From an uncultured Thermoleophilia bacterium (lineage in GTDB: Bacteria > Actinomycetota > Thermoleophilia > UBA2241), in assembly GCA_964615105.1 (NCBI GenBank), contig CAZTMO010000001.1, forward strand, positions 1-26,882: 26,882 nucleotides of DNA. Direction: 5' to 3'. Made by a program: the position numbers and the translations under genes. Position 1 is the stretch's first letter; each line of letters opens with the position of its first letter. Below, one piece after another: positions 15,553-23,559 of the stretch. The notes beneath the pieces are model-generated. The model saw only the letters and a list, made by a program, of their open reading frames with translations, made no database searches and was not told the origin of the DNA.

Positions 15553-16701
15553 TCACTCCTTTGCCAGCGCCTTGCGATACAGGCGCTCGAGGTCGGCAGG
15601 CGACGCGTTACGCACGTTCAGCCTGTAGTTGACGACTTTCGTGCACTGCTCGACCAGTACGGGGATCTCTTCGTCGGTGACGACAGCCGGGTCCAGGGTG
15701 GTCGGGAAGCCCACGGCCTCCATGAGACTCCAGAGGCGATAGAGCAGCTCCTCGGCGAGCTCGGCATCGTCGCCCTGCTCGCCGAGCAACCTCGCGATCG
15801 GGGCGATCTTGGCGCTGGCCACCGGCAGGTTGAACTCCATGGCGTACGGCAGCATGATGCCGGTGGCCAGCCCATGAGACATGTGGAGCCGTCCCAGTGG
15901 CTGCGACAGAACGTGGGCGAGACCCGGCAGCGACGTGCCCGTCGCCATGTTCGCGATCGTGCTGGCCTCGAGCATGCGCTGCTTGGCGCCGAGATCGCCG
16001 GTCAACGCCGCTCTGGGCAGACTGTCGAAGATCGTCGCCGCGGACGTCGCGGCCAAGCCGTCCGAGAAGTCGGTCGCGCCGACCGACCAGATCGCGTCCA
16101 GCGCATGCGCCAGGGCGTCCATCCCGGCAACCAGCGCCGGCCACGCCGGAAGGCTCTCCATGAGTCCGCCGTCCAGGATCGCGACGGTGGGGTACGTGCG
16201 TTCGTCGAGGATCGACATCTTGAAGCCGCGCGCCTCGTCGGTGAGGATCGTCACCTTCGAGACCTCGGTCCCCGAGCCCGCGGTAGTGGGGACGGCGATC
16301 ACCGGGAACGGCGCCTTGGCGGCCTTGTTGAAGCCCTCGTAGTCGGTGAGCACGCCGCCGTTGGCGGCCACGAGGGCGATTCCCTTACCGGCGCACATCG
16401 GGCTTCCGCCCCCCAGAGCTATGACCAGGTCGCAACCCTCCGCCTTGAAGACCTCGACGCCGGCAGCGACGGTGCGCACGCCGGGGTCTTCCTCGACTTG
16501 GTCAAACAGGACATAGGGCAATTCCGCCTCGTCCAGGAGGCCGGTGACGCGGCTCGTCACGCCCGCCGCCGACAGACCGGCGTCAGTACAGATGAACGCC
16601 TTGCTGCCCCCGGAGGCGCGCACCTGCGCCGCGACGGCCCCGATGCTGCCCAGGCCGTGCACGATCCGAGTAGGCATGAAGAAGAGCTTCGGCTGCGACA
16701 T
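15553..16701 (-). CDS. Iron-containing (group III) alcohol dehydrogenase
   Basis: The start is probably ATG 16701 after GGGGGA. Motifs: FFMPTRIVHG, LGGGSPM, VPTTAGSGTEVS, GMDALAHALD and GLAHVLSQ...SHG. Confidence 0.93.
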   Translation of the reverse strand: MSQPKLFFMPTRIVHGLGSIGAVAAQVRASGGSKAFICTDAGLSAAGVTSRVTGLLDEAELPYVLFDQVEEDPGVRTVAAGVEVFKAEGCDLVIALGGGSPMCAGKGIALVAANGGVLTDYEGFNKAAKAPFPVIAVPTTAGSGTEVSKVTILTDEARGFKMSILDERTYPTVAILDGGLMESLPAWPALVAGMDALAHALDAIWSVGATDFSDGLAATSAATIFDSLPRAALTGDLGAKQRMLEASTIANMATGTSLPGLAHVLSQPLGRLHMSHGLATGIMLPYAMEFNLPVASAKIAPIARLLGEQGDDAELAEELLYRLWSLMEAVGFPTTLDPAVVTDEEIPVLVEQCTKVVNYRLNVRNASPADLERLYRKALAKE

Positions 16702-16731
16702 CGATCCCCCAGTCATCAGACTCTTGTCTTA

Positions 16732-16759
16732 AGCATAGTCTATCGTCCAGTATTATGAA
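16732..16759 (-). promoter_or_regulatory. Candidate internal sigma70 promoter (TTCATA-N16-TATGCT) for the adh-to-cupin genes
   Basis: An AT-rich patch overlaps the gntR stop, with -35-like TTCATA at 16754-16759 and -10 TATGCT at 16732-16737. The predicted start is near 16725, about 25 nt upstream of the adh ATG. Confidence 0.5.
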
Positions 16760-17715
16760 TCGGACAAGTCGACCTCGAGGACATCGTCTGCTCCGGCCTG
16801 CCCGCGGACGTCCTCAGGCTCCAAGCTGACGAGCGCAGTACCGTCACGAACGGCTCCGCGCGCGGCCGCTTCACCAGTCAGCGCGTCCCAGAACGTCCCA
16901 CCGTTCTCGTGGCTCCTCGTGAGAAATCCGCGATGCTTGTACCGGTCGGAGCGGTAGTAGACCTCCGCCAGATCGACCACGCGGGCGTCCGACGTGTAGA
17001 CGGTGAGCGTCAGTTTGAGAAGCGAGGTCAGCAGATCCACTTCGAGCAACCTCGCCTGCTCGTCGTCGGCGGCCACCGCCTCGAACATCTGCGAAGCCCA
17101 ATCGACCTTGAAGCCGGTCCGCTTCTCGATCAGCACGATGAGGGGTTCCTTCTCAAGTTCGCTCAGCGAGAGACACGCGCCCACCTCGTACGGGACGTAG
17201 TTGGTCAAGACGGCCAGCGGCCGGTCGCCCACGAGCCGCACACGTTGCACGTAGAACAGGTCCGCGTCTTCGCCGATCGCGAACGTCTCAGCGAGGTCCG
17301 GCGTTGGTTTCACGAGCCTGAACTCGACCACGCGGACGCGCGTGTCGGGCCCGATGTGGATGAGATCCTCCAAGCTCCCGCTGATGTGCGGCGTCGCGTC
17401 GTCGGCAAGCTCCTCCGAGACGAACGAGCCCTTCCCCTTGACTCGCCGGATCAGGCCCTGGTCGTCGAGCATCTGGAGAGCCTGGCGCACCACCACACGG
17501 CTCACGCCGAAACGCTTCGTGAGCTCCGCCTCGGACGGCAACTGGCGCCCAGGCGCGAGCTTGCCCGCGATGATTTGCTCTTTGAGGTTCCGCATGACCT
17601 GGTAGTAGAGGGGGATCCCATTGCGACGACTTGGCCTCCCCCTGCGGGTCGTCGACAGCCGGCCGTCGCCGGCGGCAGCTCCCGGCCCGCCCTTGGAGCC
17701 CCACTGTCCACTCAT
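16753..17715 (-). CDS. GntR-family transcriptional regulator, HutC subfamily (wHTH plus UTRA)
   Basis: ATG 17715 lies 7 nt after AGGAG. The HTH reads IPLYYQV...LPSEAELTKRFGVSRVVVRQALQMLDDQGLIRRVKGKGSFV. The UTRA region includes VQRVRLVGDRPLAVLTNYVP and YYRSDRY. Confidence 0.95.
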   Translation of the reverse strand: MSGQWGSKGGPGAAAGDGRLSTTRRGRPSRRNGIPLYYQVMRNLKEQIIAGKLAPGRQLPSEAELTKRFGVSRVVVRQALQMLDDQGLIRRVKGKGSFVSEELADDATPHISGSLEDLIHIGPDTRVRVVEFRLVKPTPDLAETFAIGEDADLFYVQRVRLVGDRPLAVLTNYVPYEVGACLSLSELEKEPLIVLIEKRTGFKVDWASQMFEAVAADDEQARLLEVDLLTSLLKLTLTVYTSDARVVDLAEVYYRSDRYKHRGFLTRSHENGGTFWDALTGEAAARGAVRDGTALVSLEPEDVRGQAGADDVLEVDLSDS

Positions 17716-17742
17716 GTCCGTACTCCTGCCCCCATGAGGGCG

Positions 17743-18027
17743 TCAGCCCCCGCCCAGCGGCACGATCACCCGCAGCTCCGCCTCGTCGCGCACGACGGCG
17801 TCGGCGGCGACGCGCTCGCCGTCCAGCGTCAGAAAGGTCCTGCCTTCCTGCGGGACGGCGAGCACGTCCAGCACGTCGTCCACCGTGCTGCCGCGCTTCA
17901 ACTCCACGACCGTCCGACCCCGGTCTTCAGGCGGCAGCAGGCTCGCGTGATTGCCGAACAGCACGACCCTGACGCGAACGGTGTCAGCACCGGTCGGCTC
18001 CTGCGCCTGGCGGAGATGCTCGGCCAT
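17743..18027 (-). CDS. moaD: MoaD/ThiS-family sulfur-carrier protein (copy 2)
   Basis: 94 aa ending RVIVPLGGG, immediately downstream of AOR paralog A. The symbol is family-level only. Confidence 0.88.
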   Translation of the reverse strand: MAEHLRQAQEPTGADTVRVRVVLFGNHASLLPPEDRGRTVVELKRGSTVDDVLDVLAVPQEGRTFLTLDGERVAADAVVRDEAELRVIVPLGGG

Positions 18028-18033
18028 CGAACG

Positions 18034-19839
18034 TCAGACACCAAGCCGTTCGCGCGCGGCCGCGGTCGGCACTCCGTCTGCGTCCCAGCCGCGAAGGCTG
18101 TAGTACTCGTCCAGGACATCGGCGACGTCGAGCTTGTGTCCCTCGGGGTCTGACGGCGCCGCCTCTTCCGCGAACCGTCGCGGCAAAGCGTCGTCCGCCC
18201 GTGTGAACCCCTCCTCGACGTTGAAGAGACGCTCCAGCGTATTGACGCGCGAACCTATCGTGTACACGTCGTCCGTCGTGAGGTTCATTCCCGTGGGCAG
18301 GTTCGCACAGCGCGCGTAGAGCTCGACGCTGATGCCGAGGTCGACCGTGAACATGCACATGATCAGCGAGTCGATCATCACCGTGCTGTCCTGCATCCGC
18401 TTCACCAGCTCGGCTTTGCCCTCAAGAGAGTAGCGGTCGTAGTCGCCCAATACCCCGAGGAACTCCGCCGCCACGGTGAACGCCTTGTTGTGGTCGGCGC
18501 CGCGTCCGGTCGTGGCATAAGAGATGCCCATGCCGGTGAAGCCGCGCGGCGCGTAGGCGGCGATCTCGAGGCCCTTCACCTGCATGGCGTACTCCTCGCC
18601 CCTGCCCAGCTTGCGCGCCGCGCCGCGCGACCCGAGGGCGAGCACGTCGCCGAAGCCCTCACGTGCGCCGATGCTGAGAAGCGCGGGCCGCAGGACGTCG
18701 GCGTTGCCGAAGGTGAAGTCCAGCCCGTCGGTCTCGTCCTTCGTCAGCAGGCCCTTCTCGGTCATCTCCATGGCCCACGCGATGGTCGAGCCCGCCGTCA
18801 TCGTGTCGATGCCCATCTGATCGCAGAGGTAGTTGGCCTCCATGATCGCCGTGAGGTCGAGGATGCCGCAGAGGGGGCCGAGCGCCCAACACGACTCGTG
18901 GTCGAGGCGCTCGGATCGATACGAGCGCCCGTCGCGCTCGAACTCCAGGACCGCGCCGCAGATCACGTTGCAGCTGCTACAGGCTTCGCGACCGGTGATG
19001 TAGGAGTCGATCACCTCGTGATGGATCGTGCTGACATCCGGGACTCTGTCGTCCTGATGGTTCCGATAGGGCAGCCCGGTCGCCTCGTTCACGTTCGGCA
19101 GCATGCCGTTGGTCCCGGGCCAGCGAAACGCGGGCCGCACAGGGTTCTCCATGATGATGTCGTGAAGCGCCTTGCACCCGGCGATGTAGTCCGTGGTGGA
19201 CGCTGCGACGCTGACGCCGCCTGAGCCGCGCACGGCGACGGCCTTCAGTCGCTTGCTGCCGAAGACGGTCCCCGATCCGCCGCGACCGGCGTTGTGCTGC
19301 ATGTGCATGAACGTGCCGTAGCGCACGCCGTTCTCGCCGCCCGGGCCGATCGTCCCGATCTGGAAGTCGTGGCCGAGCTCCTCCTCGAGGAGAGCTTGCG
19401 CTTCGAGACACTCCTTGCCCCAGAGCCGCGTCGCGTCGACAAGTCGCGCCTTCTCGTCGTCCACGACCAGCGCCACCGGCTTCTCCGAAACGCCCGTGAT
19501 GATGATGCCGTCCCACCCGGCGTACTTGAGCGCGGGCCCGAAGTGGCCGCCCATGTAACTGGCCGAGATGGTCCCGGTCAGCGGGCTCTTCACGCCGATG
19601 GCGATGCGACTGGCGGTCGGGATCATCGTGCCCGTCGCCGGCCCGGTCGCGAACACGATCACGTTCTCCGGGCCGAGTGGGTCGATGCCCCTCGGCAGCA
19701 TGTCGTAGAGCAGCTTCGCCACAAAGCCGCGCCCGCCGATGTACTTCTCGGCGAGCTCGTCAGTGAGCGGCAGCGAGCCGAACTCCCCGGTCCCGAGGTC
19801 GACGGTCAGGAACTTGCCGGTGTAGCCGCCGTACTTCAT
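18034..19839 (-). CDS. aor: Aldehyde:ferredoxin oxidoreductase (AOR/WOR) family tungstoenzyme catalytic subunit, paralog A
   Basis: ATG 19839 follows GGAGG (ATGA overlap). Motifs: YIGGRGF, KSPLTG, GGHFGPALKYAGWDG, GRGGSGTVFGSKRLKA, CSSCNVIC, CDQMGIDTM, RGADH and DSLIMCMF. Confidence 0.95.
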   Translation of the reverse strand: MKYGGYTGKFLTVDLGTGEFGSLPLTDELAEKYIGGRGFVAKLLYDMLPRGIDPLGPENVIVFATGPATGTMIPTASRIAIGVKSPLTGTISASYMGGHFGPALKYAGWDGIIITGVSEKPVALVVDDEKARLVDATRLWGKECLEAQALLEEELGHDFQIGTIGPGGENGVRYGTFMHMQHNAGRGGSGTVFGSKRLKAVAVRGSGGVSVAASTTDYIAGCKALHDIIMENPVRPAFRWPGTNGMLPNVNEATGLPYRNHQDDRVPDVSTIHHEVIDSYITGREACSSCNVICGAVLEFERDGRSYRSERLDHESCWALGPLCGILDLTAIMEANYLCDQMGIDTMTAGSTIAWAMEMTEKGLLTKDETDGLDFTFGNADVLRPALLSIGAREGFGDVLALGSRGAARKLGRGEEYAMQVKGLEIAAYAPRGFTGMGISYATTGRGADHNKAFTVAAEFLGVLGDYDRYSLEGKAELVKRMQDSTVMIDSLIMCMFTVDLGISVELYARCANLPTGMNLTTDDVYTIGSRVNTLERLFNVEEGFTRADDALPRRFAEEAAPSDPEGHKLDVADVLDEYYSLRGWDADGVPTAAARERLGV

Positions 19840-20246
19840 GAGGCACCTCCCCAGGTGAGCGCCCCTTCGGGACACCACTTGACACAGAGCGGATCACCGT
19901 CGCACAGGTCGCAGATCATGATGCGCCTGTCGACGGCGTCCTGGTGGACGTTCGGGCAGGCGTCGAGACAGGCGCCGCAGTCGGTGCACTCCTCCTGGAT
20001 GAAGCGCACGACGCCGGCCTCCTCGTCCCAGACGAGCGCTTCCTGCGGGCACGCGTCGACGCAGACTCGCTCGTGCGTCATGTCACAGACGGAGCACTGC
20101 ATGGGCCCAAGGTGGATACCCGGCTGTCGCGAGACCTGGATGCACGCCCCGGATGGCTGAACGCGGCCAAGCTTGTTCAGCGAGCACACGCCCGAGCACA
20201 TATCGCAGGCGATGCACTTCTCGACATGGAACTCGATGTAGTTCAT
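19836..20246 (-). CDS. 4x[4Fe-4S] electron-transfer subunit (DmsB/AorA-like)
   Basis: Start ATG 20246 (MNYIEFHVEK). 136 aa with CIACDMCSGVC, CSVC...CVDACP, CTDCGACLDACP and CDLC...CVKWCP. Translationally coupled to AOR paralog A. Confidence 0.93.
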   Translation of the reverse strand: MNYIEFHVEKCIACDMCSGVCSLNKLGRVQPSGACIQVSRQPGIHLGPMQCSVCDMTHERVCVDACPQEALVWDEEAGVVRFIQEECTDCGACLDACPNVHQDAVDRRIMICDLCDGDPLCVKWCPEGALTWGGAS

Positions 20247-20262
20247 GTGTGGTCTCTCCCTG

Positions 20263-21432
20263 TCAGACTTGGTCGAGCTCCGCGAGAAACGCATCGACTC
20301 CGGCGCCCACGTCGGCGCGGGAGCCCATCTCGTTGAGGCAGTCCCCCAGCGCCGTGATGGCGAGAAGGCCGTACGCCGGGCTGCAGGTGCGTCCCATGTG
20401 GCCGAGTCGGACGAGCTTTCCGTAGATGGGGGTGTTGAAGAGGCTCCCCGAGATGAGCACGCCGAACTTCGCGACCATCCGGTCACGCAGCTTCTCATCA
20501 TCGACGCCGTCCGGAACGGCGACGGCGGTGGCCACATTGCACGCGTGCGCCTCGGTGTCGGGCCAGAGCTCGAGCCCCATCGCCTTGACGCCGGCCCGCG
20601 TGGCACGCGCCACCTCGGCGTATCGCCGGAAGTGCTCCTCGTGGCCCACCTCGAGGTACTCGCTCACCGCGGCGTTGAGGGCCGGCACCTCTGAAGTCGA
20701 GGTCGTGTACGGCCAGATCTCCTTCTCGAGCCAGAGCTCTTTCCAGTCAAGGATGCTGAAGTACGAGTAGCGGTTCGGCCGTTTGACAGTGCGGAAGAGC
20801 TCCCACGCGGCGTCGGAGATCGCCATGGCGCTGAGGCCGGGCGGCGCCCCAAGGACCTTCTGTGAGCCGACGGAGACGATGTCGATGCCCCACGCATCGA
20901 CCTCTACGGGGACGCTGCCGGCGCAGCTCACGGAGTCGACGAACACGAGCTTGCCATACTGCTTGCCCAGCTTGGCCAGGGTCTCGAGGTCAGATTGGGT
21001 GCCGCAGGGCGTCTCACAATGCACGAGCCAGAGGATCTTGGCCTCGGGATGCGCCTTGAGGACCGCCTCGAGCTGTTCCGGCTCGACGACGGTGTTCCAG
21101 TCGGTCTCGACCGGGATCGCCTTGGCGCCATACTTCTCGAGGAAGTAGCGGTTGCCCTCGCCGTAGTGCCCGCTCTCGATGTTGATCACCACGTCGCCCT
21201 CGTCGAGGCCGCAGAAGGAGATGGCCTCGAGTCCGAGGAGGGCCTCGCCCTGCATCATCACGATGTCGTTCTTCGTCTTAAGGAAGGCCTTGAACTTCTC
21301 CTGCGTGTCACGGAAGAGCTCCATGTAAGGCTGCGAGTAGTCGAAGAGCAGTTGCCCGCCGAGGGCGGAGCGGACCCTGTCCGAGAGCTCGACCGGCCCC
21401 GCAGTCATGATGAAGTCGATAGATCGGGTCAT
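20263..21432 (-). CDS. ppaT: Pyridoxamine:pyruvate aminotransferase-like protein (fold type I, class V)
   Basis: ATG 21432 lies 8 nt after AAGGAAGG. Motifs: TAGPV, LFDY, QGEALLGLEA, SGHYG, LKAHPE, HCETPCG, VDSVS, SQKVLGAPPGL, SILDW and GKLVRLGHMG. These match the M. loti PPAT sequence as I recall it better than AGXT/PucG (GSG-type motif). Class V membership is near-certain and the specific function is inferred. Confidence 0.8.
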   Translation of the reverse strand: MTRSIDFIMTAGPVELSDRVRSALGGQLLFDYSQPYMELFRDTQEKFKAFLKTKNDIVMMQGEALLGLEAISFCGLDEGDVVINIESGHYGEGNRYFLEKYGAKAIPVETDWNTVVEPEQLEAVLKAHPEAKILWLVHCETPCGTQSDLETLAKLGKQYGKLVFVDSVSCAGSVPVEVDAWGIDIVSVGSQKVLGAPPGLSAMAISDAAWELFRTVKRPNRYSYFSILDWKELWLEKEIWPYTTSTSEVPALNAAVSEYLEVGHEEHFRRYAEVARATRAGVKAMGLELWPDTEAHACNVATAVAVPDGVDDEKLRDRMVAKFGVLISGSLFNTPIYGKLVRLGHMGRTCSPAYGLLAITALGDCLNEMGSRADVGAGVDAFLAELDQV

Positions 21433-21467
21433 ACCGAACACCTTCCTTCGTTAAGTGGGTGACGGGC

Positions 21468-22403
21468 TCACCGCTGACCGCGCACGAACGGGATGGCGAG
21501 CGCCGAGGGCAGCATGCTGTGTCTCGCGAAGAGCGCCAAAGCCGCCATCACGGCGACGAACGGCAGCATCTGGACCAGGTCGGTGGAGATGTTGATGCCC
21601 ACCAACTGCAGGGCGGTGGCGATGGAAAGCGCGACACCGAACAGCAGCGATCCGATGAGCACCCATACCGGGCGTCCACGGCCGAGCATGGCGATCACGA
21701 TCGCGATGAAGCCGTAGCCGCCCGTCATGAACGGTACGAATATCCCGGCCGTCACGATCGCCATGTAACCGCCACCCAGGCCGGCCAAGGCTCCGGTGGA
21801 CAGCGCCGCGACGGTGCGGATCTTCAAGACGTCCACGCCGGCGTTGTCGAGCGCGACGGGCTTCCAGCCGGCGGCCCGGATGTTGAGGCCGAGGTTGGTC
21901 TTGTACAACATCCACCCGATCACGAAGATCAGGGCGAAGCCGATGTACACGATCAGCGGCTGGCTGAAGAGGCTTGGTCCCAACACCGGGATCCGCTCCA
22001 GCCCGGGAATCCCCAGGGTCGGCACGTTGTCGAGGCGAGGGTAGCTCTCGCCGAACTGCACCTGGTGAAGCAAGCTCGTGAGCCCTTCCATGGCGAGCAG
22101 GATGGCGATACCGACGACGATCTGGTCACGGCCCATGCGCACGCAGAAGACGACCATGAGCAGCGAGACCGCCATGCCGGCGAGGACCGCCGCCGCGAAG
22201 CCCAACCATGACGAGCCCGTCCAGTTGGCGGCCACGAACCCGAAGTAGGCGCCGAGGAGCATCATGCCCTCAAGGCCGATGTTGAGCAGTCCGGCTTGTT
22301 CCGAGATCGTCTCGCCGAGGGCGGCAAGGAGCAGCGGCATGCCGGCGAGGACCGCGCCCGTGATGACGGCGGCCACGAACTCAGTGGTCCAGAGCTCACC
22401 CAT
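21468..22403 (-). CDS. CUT2/nucleoside-type ABC transporter permease 2
   Basis: ATG 22403. Motifs: PLLLAALGETISEQAGLLNIGLEGMMLLGA, NIRAAG...AGVDV and GYGFIAIVIAMLGR. Multiple hydrophobic segments. Confidence 0.93.
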   Translation of the reverse strand: MGELWTTEFVAAVITGAVLAGMPLLLAALGETISEQAGLLNIGLEGMMLLGAYFGFVAANWTGSSWLGFAAAVLAGMAVSLLMVVFCVRMGRDQIVVGIAILLAMEGLTSLLHQVQFGESYPRLDNVPTLGIPGLERIPVLGPSLFSQPLIVYIGFALIFVIGWMLYKTNLGLNIRAAGWKPVALDNAGVDVLKIRTVAALSTGALAGLGGGYMAIVTAGIFVPFMTGGYGFIAIVIAMLGRGRPVWVLIGSLLFGVALSIATALQLVGINISTDLVQMLPFVAVMAALALFARHSMLPSALAIPFVRGQR

Positions 22404-23559
22404 TGCCGACGACCTCCTCGCGCCCGGGCGGGACGGGGTCACGGTCCTCAGCCGCCACCGCCTGTCCCTTGTCGGCCTTCTTGAACCAGCCTCGCGTGCG
22501 AGCCCATTCGGTGAAGACCATGAAGAAGAGGATGAGTCCCACGAGAAGCAGGAGGAAGTCGTTCGGCAGTCCCGCCTGTCGCGCCGCCTCGTGCCCGCCG
22601 ATCTGGATCACGGCGAAGAAGAACACGAAGGGGATCACCACCATGACATTGAGCCCGGCGAGAAAGACGATGGCGAACAGCGTCATGCCGAATGCCGGGT
22701 TCCAGTCGGAGCGCACGTAGCCCCACACTCCCAACACCTCGACGGCAGCGGCAAGTCCGATGAGCGCGCCACTCAGGGCGAACGCGGTGATGATGTCGCG
22801 CTTCACGTTGATGCCGGCGTGTACCGCGGCCTTGGGGTTCAGTCCCAGCATGCGCAGCCGCAGGCCGTACCCCGTCCGGGTCTGCATGTAGTGCACGATC
22901 GCCAACACGACCAAGGCGATGACGATGCCGATGTGGATGCGCGTCCCGGGTATGTACGGCAGAAGCTTCTCGAAGGGGATGACGTCGGTCTGGGGCATGA
23001 ACGCCTGCGTCGTCAGGAACGGCCCCTTGATCAGCATGTTGGCGAGATTGATGCCGACGTAGCTCATCATGAGGACGCTGATGATCTCGTTGATGCCGTA
23101 GTAGGCCTTGAGCACCGACGGGACGACGGTCCACGCCCCGCCTACCGCGAACCCGATGACGCACAGCAGGATGAGGGCCAGCCAGACGGGCATGGCGTTG
23201 GTGAACGGGACCCCGAGCCCGCCGATGATCGCCGCAGCCATGAGGAACTGCCCGTCACCGCCGATGTTCCAGAGCCCGGCCTGAAAGGCGACGATGAAGC
23301 CCGCCGACATCAGCAGCAGGGGTGCGAGACGAATGATCGTCTGCATCAATCCACTCCACGTGAACAGGCCGCTCTGGAGCGTGGTCACATAGAAGGCGAT
23401 GGGGTCTTTGCCCAAGACGAGCAGAAGCACGCCCCCGGCGATGAGGCCGTAAACGACGGGCGCCGCCACTCTCCAGAACGCCTTGGCCGCGCGCAGAGCC
23501 GCGGGCGCCTCGGTCGAGACCTGGACGGGCAACAGCGTCCCTTCAGCCATGTCACTCAC
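22396..23559 (-). CDS. CUT2/nucleoside-type ABC transporter permease 1
   Basis: GTG 23559 lies 8 nt after GGAGG (alternative ATG 23550). Motifs: GLWNIGGDGQF, GINEIIS, GYGLRLRMLGLNPKAAVHAGIN and ALSGALIGLA. Confidence 0.93.
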   Translation of the reverse strand: MSDMAEGTLLPVQVSTEAPAALRAAKAFWRVAAPVVYGLIAGGVLLLVLGKDPIAFYVTTLQSGLFTWSGLMQTIIRLAPLLLMSAGFIVAFQAGLWNIGGDGQFLMAAAIIGGLGVPFTNAMPVWLALILLCVIGFAVGGAWTVVPSVLKAYYGINEIISVLMMSYVGINLANMLIKGPFLTTQAFMPQTDVIPFEKLLPYIPGTRIHIGIVIALVVLAIVHYMQTRTGYGLRLRMLGLNPKAAVHAGINVKRDIITAFALSGALIGLAAAVEVLGVWGYVRSDWNPAFGMTLFAIVFLAGLNVMVVIPFVFFFAVIQIGGHEAARQAGLPNDFLLLLVGLILFFMVFTEWARTRGWFKKADKGQAVAAEDRDPVPPGREEVVGNG

